From contig NC_068983.1 of NCBI RefSeq assembly GCF_001194135.2, forward strand, positions 160,502,156 to 160,541,630: DNA of 39,475 nt. Reading direction: 5' to 3'. This document shows positions 11,915 through 22,859 of this stretch, one piece after another. A program made the translations under genes and the position numbers. The stretch comes from Octopus bimaculoides. Lineage: Eukaryota. A model generated the notes under the pieces. It did not search any database. It was not told the origin of the DNA and saw nothing but the letters and a program-made list of their open reading frames with translations. How positions within the stretch are numbered: position 1 is the first letter of the stretch; each line of letters begins with the position of its first letter.

Positions 11915-12050
11915 TGCACTGATGTGGCTGAGTGATAACAATTATGCTACCCAGCCACATGGCTCCACGTTCAGTCCCACGAAAGCCTGGTGAGTGAATT
12001 TGGTAGATGGAAACTGAAAAAAGTCAATGATGTGTATGTGTAAATACATA
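11915..12050 (+). mobile_element. Internally deleted tRNA-derived SINE
   Basis: tggctgagtgataac...ccacatggctcc..gttcagtcccac...gtgagtgaatttggtagatggaaactgaaa. Confidence 0.6.
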
Positions 12051-12078
12051 CATACATACACATAAAGTCTGTCATACC

Positions 12079-12122
12079 GGCCATGATGAAATACCACAAG
12101 GTATAGAAAATACGTATTCGCC
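12079..12122 (+). ncRNA. Minimal type I hammerhead-ribozyme-like motif (PLE type, core altered)
   Basis: GGC-CATGATGA-A-ATACC acaa GGTAT-A-GAAA-ATACGTAT (palindrome)-TC-GCC. Confidence 0.5.
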
Positions 12123-12375
12123 TTTATATATTTAATCCTTTATATTGAACACTCAATATTTCATCTATTCAATAAGACATATTCTATATATTCAATAAGA
12201 CATTCAATACTTTATTTCATTGTACCATTCATTTTTATTTTATATTATATATTGTATATTATATTATATATTGTATATTATATTATATATTGTATATTCC
12301 ATATCCCACATTGGTTTTGCAGGAATATAAATAAAACATAAAAAACAGACAGTGTTGGAACTCTTTTAAACAAAA

Positions 12376-12811
12376 NNNNNNNNNNNNNNNNNNNNNNNNN
12401 NNNNNNNNNNNNNNNNNNNNNNNNNNNNNNNNNNNNNNNNNNNNNNNNNNNNNNNNNNNNNNNNNNNNNNNNNNNNNNNNNNNNNNNNNNNNNNNNNNNN
12501 NNNNNNNNNNNNNNNNNNNNNNNNNNNNNNNNNNNNNNNNNNNNNNNNNNNNNNNNNNNNNNNNNNNNNNNNNNNNNNNNNNNNNNNNNNNNNNNNNNNN
12601 NNNNNNNNNNNNNNNNNNNNNNNNNNNNNNNNNNNNNNNNNNNNNNNNNNNNNNNNNNNNNNNNNNNNNNNNNNNNNNNNNNNNNNNNNNNNNNNNNNNN
12701 NNNNNNNNNNNNNNNNNNNNNNNNNNNNNNNNNNNNNNNNNNNNNNNNNNNNNNNNNNNNNNNNNNNNNNNNNNNNNNNNNNNNNNNNNNNNNNNNNNNN
12801 NNNNNNNNNNN
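12376..12811. other. Assembly gap (N run)
   Basis: Run of N, followed by (TG)n. Confidence 1.
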
Positions 12812-12845
<34 letters not shown>

Positions 12846-13112
12846 AGTGTGTGTGTCTTATCTTGGCATCATGTGATAGTGATACTGCCATACAAGCAGC
12901 ACCATTCATTTTCAATATTCTGTGAAAATATGTTTAGCAGTATAACCATGTTTGGAAATAGGTGCGGGTTAGAGACAGGGAGGGCATCTAGTAGTAGAAA
13001 ATCTACCTCCATCAAATTCGTAGAAGCAAGGAAAAATGGACTTTCAATGATGATCACATATATAGAAATAATTCCTAACTAAGCATAAGGAAGTAAGTGT
13101 TAATCATCGTCA

Positions 13113-13625
13113 TTATCATCATCATCATCCTCATCATCGTTTTAACGTCTATTTTCCATGCTGGCATGGGTTGGACGGTTTGACTGAGGACTGGCTATCC
13201 AGTAGGCTGCACCAGACTCCAATCTGATGTGGCAAGGTTTCTACAGTTGGATGCCCTTCCTAACGCCAACCACTCCAAGAGTGTAGTGGGTGCTTTTTAC
13301 ATGCCAGCAGCATGAGAGCCAATCAGATGGCACTAACATCGACCACGTCTGGATGGTCCCTTTTATGTGCCACTTGCATTGTGTTCAGATGGTGCTTTTT
13401 ATGTGCCACCGACATGGGGAGCCAGTCAGACGACAGTGGCGTACTCCACGCTTGAATGGTACATGTTATGTGCCACCAGCATGGGTGCCAGTCAGGCAGC
13501 ACTGGCATCAGCCATGATTACGATTTCAATTTCACTTGACTCAATGCCCGACAATTCAAGAGTACTTTTAAATGGGCTGGTTATGCAACGCTGGTATCAG
13601 CCACGGTTGTGATCTCACTTTACTT
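13113..13625 (-). mobile_element. RTE-tail element with repeated internal units
   Basis: (CAT)n...ccatgctggcatgggttggacgg...ggatgcccttcctaacgccaacc, then three or four copies of (t)ttatgtgccac. Confidence 0.8.
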
Positions 13626-14317
13626 GCCAGCTAGCTCCAGAAGTATAAAAGGCAAAGATGACCTGAGTGGGATTTGAACTCAAAGATCTGGAACAATTAC
13701 AGCTAGACATTTGACTGACACCCTAAAAACTCTACTAATCTATTGCCCTAAATATACACTTAAAAATACATGCTAATATCCATTGAGTGTATTAAAATTC
13801 TCTAAAATTCCAGTCTCAAGTAATATAGTTTCTATTTCATTTCCATTAAAGTGGTATTAGTTTTTGTTGCCTATTGTACCAAGTCCTGTAGATTGACTCA
13901 TAACAATAAAAATTTGTCCATTAAATTTTATATGAAATCAAGTCTACACATAAACACTATATAATTAGCATTTATATTTCTAACCAGGTACCCATGGTAA
14001 CAATTTAAAAGAGCACTTCATTAACTCCTTATAATTAATAATTACATATGTATATATGAAGCTAATTGAATATCTGTATGTTTTATTGCAATCTGCATTC
14101 TATGAATGGCTATCATATGGGTCAAATTACAAAGCATCCCATAACAGAAGGGGTAAGGTGGTGACAGAGGTGGCTCAGATATTGGCAATACATATTGCTT
14201 TGACCATTGATCAACAGGAACTAAGTGACTCTCTTATTCGGACTATTGATTTCAATCATTTACTAGAATAGCTGATAAGTTTCATTGACACTTAAGGAAC
14301 ATTTTGCTACATCAGCA

Positions 14318-14420
14318 TCATCATCATCATCATCATTTGATATCTGTCTTCTGGCTAGAATGGGCTGGATGGTTTCACAGGATCTGATGAATCAAAGGGT
14401 TGCATTATAGTCCAATGTCT
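14318..14420 (-). mobile_element. Decayed RTE-tail fragment
   Basis: (CAT)n, then ctggctagaatgggctggatggtttcacaggatctg. Confidence 0.5.
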
Positions 14421-15579
14421 GCTTTTTTTGTTTTGTTTTGTTTTGTTTCTCTTCTTTTGGGGACACACATGCACTAATGAAGATTGCTTTATAACTTACA
14501 ATGCTAAGGACCTGAAACAGTCCCTATAACTTCGGGAGAAAAGCAGAAAGAGTGGGTGAGGATTCTGGACAGAGAGATAAGGAGTGGTAATGAAAAACAG
14601 ATGAAGAAGTATAGAAAGAAACAAGGGGTAAAGAAAGGATTAGTAACAGGGGTTATTGAGAAAAGGGAGATATAATGCTGAATAATTTTGACTCCTAAAA
14701 AGTGAACGCCCTTCTCATAACTGACAAATTTTGAAGCCCTTTTAAGAAAGTCAAAGAAAAGAAAGATTGTATCTGAAATTCCTAAGGCTAATGAACTACT
14801 TTCTGATCAGTGTCATAATTAATTATATATCCTCTTTGTACCATACCCTGCAAAAGCAACAATTGATATTTTTCTAATATTTCTTATATTTGGGACTTAA
14901 TAATTACATGTTTGTACCTTATCTAATGCATCCACTTTTAAAATGGAAGCTATAATGTGAAATAAGAGGTATTTGTTTTGCATGGACACGTTGTTAATAT
15001 GTTTGCCTCGCAGCTACACAGTTTTGTGTTCCATCTTACTCTGCAGCTTCTTCAACAACTATTTTTAGGATAGCCTCAGCTTAACAAAAGTCTTGTGGGT
15101 GAAATTTGACAGACAGAAACCATGTGGAAGACTGTTAGAAAGATTGCTCCTGTTTTTGAATTTTAGACTTAATCTGTTGCCTGGTTTTTAACATTGTCAC
15201 CTGACTCTTAAATACCTTTAAGAGAATCCATTCTATTGCTGGTATTCAAGTCTGAGAATAATTTTCTGCTACAAATCCCAGCAGCTCTAAAAAATGGACA
15301 TGAATGCTACTCTTCCTTGTCTGACACAGTCATAGCACATGATTATTAATAAAATAAATTAATTAAATGTTGAATTAGCTACATAGAAGTTCTATCATTG
15401 GTTCACCTCTTTCTATATTAATGCATACTCTTACTTTGATTCCATACTTTTTATGTATGTCAAGTTACCATATTTCTTTTATTTCTGTTCTGAAAGCTAC
15501 CTTCAATACAATTATTCCAAGGGTATTTTTGCCTTAGTAGCTCTATGATGTAAGCCCTACAAGAGTTGTGCTTCCATAG

Positions 15580-15650
15580 TATTAAAATCAGTGACACAGA
15601 AGGGGAAAAATATATCATCTGTTTAGATAAAACATTGACTGATGTCATCG
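15580..15650 (+). CDS. Candidate coding exon, unidentified gene
   Basis: Acceptor gtgcttccatag| and perfect donor TCG|gtaagt; open frame IKISDTEGEKYIICLDKTLTDVI; ends in phase 1. Confidence 0.35.
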
Positions 15651-15714
15651 GTAAGTTGGTCATTTATGTAGTTCTTATTTTAATTGTAATTCTTATTCAG
15701 CCAGCAAGAGAACC

Positions 15715-15910
15715 TCTTCTTGGTTGCTTGACCAACAAGAAATAGCAACTAAGTTTTCCTTAAATCACACCCTACCATCTTAAATAAAGAAAAAATACAT
15801 TAATTAATGTAACATTACACACTGTTAATAAGATATTTATAATGCTTTTAATCCTAAGTCTGCTTCATCAGGATTGACCTAACCCTAAGCAGTGACAACA
15901 AACTCTATTC
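15715..15910 (+). mobile_element. Old SINE 3' segment
   Basis: ttgcttgacc...gaaatagca...aaatcacaccctacc...ggattgaccta; the same segment forms the 3' part of the 35098 element. Confidence 0.45.
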
Positions 15911-16439
15911 AATACAAAAGAAGTGATTAGGAAGCATGCTTTTCATTAGGATTGTTATCTTTAATTAACCTTCATTTCTTAGGCTGAACACAGGTGATAA
16001 GTTAGTTAGCAGTGTTGAAATTGTACATAAAAATAAAGACTTTGAGATTGAAATCTACTTAGAGATATGTATATAACTTGGGATAGAGCCCTAAAAGACA
16101 ATTGATAAACCAACTGACTGAAAAGTAGAAAAGCAAATGGTTCATTGAAAGAAGCTGGACTATTAAAATCATTTAAACCATTGAACAAAATGACTGATAT
16201 TTAGTGGTGGCTATTCATCTTCTGAGTTCAAATACCACTATGGCCAACTTTGGTCTTCATCCTTCTGCAATTGATGAAATAGAGTATCATTTAAGTACCA
16301 GAGTATAATGCATTTGCTGTGAATAGAATTATAATGGAGAAATATAGGATAAGAAAAGTAATAAAAATTAGATTAATAGTTTGAATTTCACACAAGTCTA
16401 GCAATAACCCAACTCAGAAATATTAGATATGTTAATTAT

Positions 16440-16900
16440 AGCAACAACTGCAACAATCATAGAATTTGTTGTACACCTACTGCAGCTATAGAAGATGTGG
16501 TAAAATATGCAGTAGTAACTGCAGCTGTCACAGTAGCCAGCATAAAACTATTGCAGTTGCAGTGCCTACAGCAACAACTGCACCAATCATCATAGCTGTG
16601 AAAGCAAATGAAGCATTCACAGTAGCCATAGTAGACATAGCAGCCAGTTTCAACAGCCATGGCAGTAGATGCTACAGCTGCACTGTTTGTAGCAGAAACT
16701 ACAGGAATTGCAGTTGCTGTGAAGGCAGCAGGAACAGTTGCAAACTGTGGCTTCAGTACATGTGAGTGCAGCAACACCAGCTTCATCAACTGAAGCAACC
16801 ATAGTGAATGAGAGCAGCAGCTGCATCAACAGTAGCTACTACAGTCACATAAGGTCACAACTATTCAAATGGAGATGTGACAAGAGTAAATAGCAGTAGT
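16440..16900. repeat. Cryptic GCA/GTA/ACA triplet-periodic low-complexity tract
   Basis: Ala/Val/Thr-rich pseudo-translation whose register shifts several times. Confidence 0.6.
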
Positions 16901-17053
16901 AGGAGTAATTGACATGAGAACAAATGATTTTTGAACAGCACAGTAGATTCAGAAACAAATGTAACAATAAAGCAGGCACAGGGTAGCCATTTTTAAACAA
17001 AGAGAAACTATAAGAAAGCTAGTACAAGCATTTTCCATTGCTACCATTTAGAC

Positions 17054-17292
17054 TAGAGTTTCTGAAGGTGGGGCAAATACCCATCCAGTGGGGTGTGGCA
17101 ATATTTTAATGGCATGTGAATTACTTCAGAAAGGGGCGTAAGTAATAAGTGAATAAAACTTACAATAAAGTTTTAATTAAAACTTCTTTAGAATAATAAT
17201 GCTATTGACTAACTCTAACCACTGATGGTGAGGCACATGCTTTATCTGGAAAAGTGAGTCAGGCATGAGACAAAAGAAGGTTTACAAACATC
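17054..17292. mobile_element. Possible hAT (Charlie-like) non-autonomous relic
   Basis: Ends tagagtttctgaaggtggggc and aaggtttacaaacatc loosely resemble CAGTGGTTCCCAAA...TTTGGGAACCACTG termini; heavily decayed. Confidence 0.25.
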
Positions 17293-17504
17293 AATTCAGA
17301 CCCTGGTCAGCCTTAATTAAATAGAAAACGGTCAAAATATTTCATTCTTGTATGCATCACCTCTTAAAAATTATGTTTAGAACTACAATATTCAAGTGTC
17401 CTTTCTATATTTTTGATATTAGGATGAAATTTGAGGAAGATTTGGATTAAAGTGACCATATAAAAACTTTCAAATTGTTTTTTTTTGCAAAATGGTTAGT
17501 AGCA

Positions 17505-17665
17505 TTGACATCTGGCTCTTTATATTTTGAATTCAAATACTGTCAAGTCTACTGTAGCACTTATCCTTTCTCTGTTGGTAAAATAATGCACAATTCAAGT
17601 ACTGGGGATGATGTTGACTAACAACCTTCCCTAAAAGTAATAGCCTTGTGTCATAATTTGAAACC
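17505..17665 (+). mobile_element. Decayed SINE (7690-type family)
   Basis: ttttgaattcaaatactgtcaagtctactgtagcacttatcctttctctgttggtaaaataatgcac. Confidence 0.45.
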
Positions 17666-17949
17666 CTTGTAGTAGCATTTAATTTTAAGGCTACACTTTG
17701 CCAGAGATTTCATGCAGCAAGTAGTGCAACAAGAATTGTTGAATACATTACAACATTCATTGCTACAATAATCATAGTATGTAATAACATTCTTGTTGCA
17801 TTCATCTGCCCACTGAGTGCACTGTCACTAAAGCCACAATGAGTGATAACACTGCAAATGGAGCCTTGCAGCATGCATTGTAACGATAAATAAACAGTCA
17901 CACTATGGAAGCAATTTCGTGGTAGTGCGAGGTATAACAATACTCATAA

Positions 17950-18185
17950 TGCCAAGTAACATGATTACATCCATCCGCTCAGTTTCAGCACCAGTATTGT
18001 AACTTAGCTGAAAGTCAGCTCTGATGCAACAGACCTATCATCAAAAACATTCCAACCATGATTATCCTGTCTTTTATTCTGGTATAGCAGATGTAGGACA
18101 ATGTTATCCAATGTATCTTTATTTTCTTAAGGTAGAGCTAATATAATCAGAGCAAGCTACTTACCATTCAGCCACTCCTGCGCCT
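17950..18185. mobile_element. Old SINE fragments
   Basis: Minus-strand old SINE 3' segment (cagacctatcatcaaaaacattccaaccatgattatcctgtc), followed by the SINE-end fragment agcaagctacttaccattcagccactcctgcgcc. Confidence 0.45.
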
Positions 18186-20149
18186 ATATATATATATATA
18201 TATATTCATATGTAACGAATCTTATTTAACTATACATATATATATTTCTTCCGGCCTTCTCATCCTGTTGACCTGTTATTCCCTACGCATCTTTTTCTCT
18301 CGCCGTATTTTTTTTCTTGTTCACTCTCCGAGTTTTTCTCTCTTTCTGTCGAAGACCGTAGACTCAAGACGTCATTGATTTTTTTCCATTTTTTTCCTGA
18401 TGAAGGATCGTTCTTAATGTTACTTGTCCTATTTTCCATATGTTCTTTCCATATTTTCTTACCTGTTATTAGTTTGTGGGGAAAGAAGATATTCTTAATC
18501 AACGCTACACAGGTTTCTGCGCTGGTGGGGTGTTTATCCAGGCTATACCTATCCTCAGGCTATTTTTCTGATTGTTATTATTATTAATGGATCAAAGTTA
18601 AAACTACATACTCTAAGACGTATTCAATAGAAAAATAAGAATATGAATAAAAATATAATAAAAATATATAACTTACTAATATATTTTTAAAAATTACAAA
18701 ATTTTAAAAATTCAAAAATTCAAAAATTAATAAAAATTAATAAAATTAAACACCTAAAAATACAATACCGATATATAGAGAAAATGCTAAACATAAAGAA
18801 ACCCTCATCGACTATATTATAAACACTTCAAATTCCGCCACCTATCTACATAAACATTACGGGAATTAATAATTTATTGTAAGATTTACCCCTATCTATA
18901 CAAGTATAAATTACCATTTTTATGTCAAACGTAAGTTAATAATATTTAAAAGAGTAAAAACCTCTATATACGTTATCAATTTATTAAATAAAACTAGTAA
19001 AAGTATCTAATAAACAAAATTAACAAAGGAAGAATAATTATCAACATAATGTTTACTCCTTCTCGTCCCTCTGCAAATGGTTGCTCCCTCTGTCGTGCGC
19101 TAAGTATTATGGAAATAACATAAATAAAATAAACTACTCTGAAAAATTCTCTAAGACTAATAATATTAGAGAAGTTAAATTCAAGGGAAGATAATAAGAT
19201 AATCTGAAATCTAGCTACAACTGGATTTTTCTAGTGTTTAAGATTTAGAGATTTATGTTATATTAAATGTGACCTGTCTACTCCATTTAAGGTAATATTC
19301 TTTAAATATATTCTTGGTTCTTGGTATATCCGTATTTAATACTATTATATAATTCTATTATAACTACATTTAACTATCTTCTTCATAATTGTTTAAGAGA
19401 TTACATACTGGTGGTGAGTATAATTTCATATACTTTTCATTTTATTATACGTTATTCTTATGTCGGCATTTTTCCTCTCTCTTCAATACTGTTCAGTAAT
19501 ACCTCTCTCGACTAGAGTATTTTCATAAACTCAGTTGTGCATAATAAGCACATTTTATTTCCTATTCTATTTGACTTCGCTCTCCTAATGATATTCCAAT
19601 TAAGGGGGTATTCTATTTTATCAGATTTCAACTCCCATATGTATTTACTTAGACCTGTCGAATTTATTAAATTGGAATTTTTGAAGGATTGATAATGCTG
19701 GGAAATTCTTCTTTTAATTTCATTTGCTGTGGATCCTATATATTCTTTCTTCCTATTATTATTATTAGAGGTTACAGTAGATTTATAAATTATATTATCT
19801 AGGTTGCAATAATTCTTAAGCCTACATTTGGATTTATCTTTACACGTGCATTTATTTAAAATACGGTTATGTTTTTTGTTTGTTATAGTTCTTCCGTAGC
19901 TATTGTTAATATTAGTTAAATCGTTATTATAGAATTTATTTAATTTGACATTGCTTATAGAGGATATAATATTACCAACGTTTCTTGTTGTCGAATAACC
20001 CACTCTCATAGTTTTGTTTGAGAATATTTTCGAGTACGTTTTGTTCTTTTTAAGGGATGTTTTTATTATGTTCAGAATTTCTTTAATTAAGTTAGTTTTG
20101 AGTTGGACCCCATAAGGGATAATTAACCATATAATTTCCTTATGTTTAC

Positions 20150-20198
<49 letters not shown>

Positions 20199-20950
20199 GT
20201 TCATTCTCAGTGTATTCTTAGTGGATATATAATAATTATGCTTATTTCCATTCGAATTATTTTTGGTGTTATCCCTACTATGATCATTATTATTATTTTT
20301 TTTTATTTATACCTATATTATAATTATCTTTATTTACTTCCTTATATTGTTTATTATTATCTTTGCTATTACTTCTATAGTTGGTTTGAGCGTTAGGATG
20401 ATTCCTAGTATTATTATTTGGTCTGTAATTATTATAGAATTTCATTTTCATATTATATCCAGCTTTTTTTAATGCACTATTACAGTAAGGGGCATGTTTA
20501 TTGAAAGTATCTATATCCTACGATAACAGAAATTCTTTTACCTATATTTTCTATTAGTGCTCTTTTGACTAAACTAGGATGGTTGCTATGGGCATTGATG
20601 TACTTAAGGTTCTTGTTTAATTTATGGAATGGTTGGGTTCTATTGGTTACTAAGTTTAGGTTTGCATCTAGGTGGTTAACCACAGAATGTTCTTTCTCTA
20701 TAAATATATCTAAACCATAATTATTAAAGAATTTGTATAGTTTTTTCTTTATATTTTCTAATGATCTATTAGTTCAGTTTTTGGTTATAAGGAGTAGGTC
20801 GTCCCTATAAAGACCTCCTTCTAAGGTATATTCCTACTAAATCTGTTATTTGTGCAGAATCTGGGGCACCCATGGCTATATGAAAGCAATCCCTTGAGTC
20901 CTTCCTAGTCCATAGTTTATTTTTATATCTAATTAGGGATTTCCTCGCCG
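18186..20950 (-). mobile_element. 5'-truncated Penelope-like retroelement (RT C-half, GIY-YIG, long AT-rich 3' UTR)
   Basis: Minus-strand ORF relic at 20948-19445, about 1.2 kb of UTR, ending against (TA)n at 18185. Confidence 0.9.
19445..20948 (-). pseudogene. PLE reverse transcriptase-GIY-YIG endonuclease ORF, disrupted
   Basis: Motifs in order: RKSLIRYKNKLW..FHIAMGAPDSAQITDLVGIYL; GGLYRDD (20798-20809); HLDANLNL..YINAHSNHP; IIW..PYG; CTC...C.L...C..DNIIYKSTV...YIGSTANEIKRRISQH..SF; C.LCTTE; LLNS..KCRHKN. At least three frameshifts and two stops. Confidence 0.9.
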
Positions 20951-21040
20951 TTGTACTACATTAACTTCATCATATGTCATCTTAACCTTTCTCATAGCAT
21001 ATATAAGGGCCTTATTAAGAATAAGCTGGGAGATAACAGT

Positions 21041-21590
21041 TTACTTAAAATAGTTGCTCTCAGCTTCCACCATGCCCTGAAGATGGCTCTAAGACCTAGT
21101 ACATGCATTCCCCACTGTATCGCTGAGAAGATCTTTGAATACTTCCTTGATCCTACATGGCCTTTGTGTTGCAGGAAGAGCAGTTAGTGCATGAACTTTG
21201 TATTTCAGGAAGAGCAGTTAGTGTCTTTCTCAACCATGCCCCACATGTAATAATCCATGGGATTACAGTCAGGGAAATAAGGCAGCCAGAAATTGGGGCT
21301 GGCGAAGAAACTTTCTAACAATTGCTTCTGACTCTTTCTGGGGGTATGGCAAGAAGTCAAATTCTGCTGCCATATATATAGCCTTCAGCAACAGCCCTCT
21401 CTAGCCAGGTTGTTTGACTGTAGTTTCCAGCAGTTTCACATATCTGTCTGAATTGAGCCTTTAGTCCTGATCAGAGATGTGGAGGTGAATTCCAGCATGA
21501 GGATGCAGTCAGAATGCCTGCTGTATCCCTTTCTGTTTGCCACAACTTTGTAGTCTCTGTTGTAGCTGTCCATCATGTCTTACAGTCATT
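21041..21590 (-). pseudogene. maT/DD37D-like Tc1/mariner transposase relic, internally deleted
   Basis: RLNSDRYVKLLET...YIWQQNLTSCHT...NFWLPYFPDCNPMDYYMWGMVEKDTN...RIKEVFKDL..DTVGNAC...MVEAESNYFK*; stop at 21041-21043. Confidence 0.75.
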
Positions 21591-21617
21591 ACAGTGTTCA
21601 AATAGCATTGAACAGCA

Positions 21618-22120
21618 GTCATGACATAGGCATTTTGATACCTGGCACAACTCATCAGGATACAGGTAACTCTTTTTCAAATAAGTTTTCAAATCCATCT
21701 TCATCAACGGTTCCAGGTTTTTCAGCCATGTAGAATGGGGTTGGTTTCTGTATCTTTTTTTAAATGGGTAGCTTATGCTTATAAAGCCTTTCCTGTCAGA
21801 ATTTGACCATTTGAACATTAGTACTATCACATTTACGAAGTGCTAATGTTGTAAATTAATTGAATGAATTTTTTGTTAATATTTTTTCGCCTAACTTTGT
21901 TTTAGGGTATGTTGTGTATGTTTTATGACATGACATTGCTCCTTTGTGTGAATGCAAGATGAACCTACTCAAGTGTGTCAGAGATCTCTGGACAAAATAA
22001 CAGTTGAGCTCATGATCTTTGCAACTTTCATTTTTATAATAAAATTTATAAATTACATTGCTCATTTTTAGCTTGCTCTCGAATTTATATGTTTGTGTTG
22101 TTAATAAAGTGGTTTTGATC
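21618..22120 (-). mobile_element. Old PLE 3' end (GIY-YIG fragment, UTR, hammerhead-like motif), left arm of an inverted pair
   Basis: SNVIYKF..NESC...HKGAM..H...EKILTKN; the UTR aligns with 22465-22620; CTGATGA at 21658-21652. Confidence 0.65.
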
Positions 22121-22139
22121 AAATAGATTTTGTGATATA

Positions 22140-22660
22140 TTACTAGTGGCAGTTTATAGTTTGGTGCAATGCATTTTCAGTCTTATTTCACAATTTTAAC
22201 TTTTACATTGGTAGGACAAGTACCATACTGCATCGTAGGCTTGCCAGACATTTACAACAAGGAGCAATTATATCACACTAGAACATACACAATAACAGCA
22301 AAACAAGATGAAAAAATATTAATAGAAAATACGTCAATACTTTATAGAATTCCCTACAGAAACAGACAATTAATTATGGAAGCAATACTCACAACACAGC
22401 AGAAGGCTACAATTAACATACCACATACATAAATCACTAATGTGAATCTGATGATGTAGAATTTTAATGTTCTAATGGTCTAATTATAGGCGGAAAGTCT
22501 GTATAAATATAAGAAACCCACTCTCAAAGGGACAACATGGAAGGCAACTTGACTCCACCTCCTAAACCTGAAACTGAGCTGCACTGAAAACATTGGTAAA
22601 AATGAATTTGCAAACTTTATTGTTCCAGATAAACTATAGTACACAGACATGAAAACAGAC
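22140..22660 (+). mobile_element. Old PLE 3' end (GIY-YIG fragment, UTR), right arm of an inverted pair
   Basis: FYIGRTSTILHRRLARHLQQGAIISH (YIG at 22204-22212), frameshifting into EKILIENTSILYRI...QLIMEAIL...KATIN. Confidence 0.7.
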
Positions 22661-22859
22661 TTTAATAAAAAGGTTTGAATTAGACCAAGGTTATGTTTTC
22701 AATATAATATATATTTATGTATTTGTGAGTGTGTGTATCTATCTATCCATCTATCTATACGTGTGCATGTGTGTATATATATCTTTGCATACATTTATAA
22801 ATATACACTCACGTGCACACATATATATAGGTGTGTGTGTGTATGTGTGTGTGTAAGAA

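Noticed and set aside
14056-14271. 71-aa ORF MKLIEYLYVLLQSAFYEW...
   Set aside because: No homology recognised and no acceptor supporting the internal donor.
15983-16076. Strong acceptor followed by LNTGDKLVSSVEIVHKNKDFEIEIYLE
   Set aside because: No good donor, and phase-incompatible with the 15580 exon; 30 open codons is not significant.
16457-16798. Ala/Thr/Val-rich ORFs on both strands
   Set aside because: Products of a cryptic triplet repeat with register shifts.
18500-18565. Sense-strand CTGAGGA...GAAAC-CTGT-GTA hammerhead candidate in the PLE UTR
   Set aside because: Stem I has only 2 bp, stem II does not close on the core and stem III is not palindromic.
22169-22432. 87-aa ORF as a host gene exon
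   Set aside because: It is a frameshifted PLE GIY-YIG relic; the YIG motif lies in another frame.
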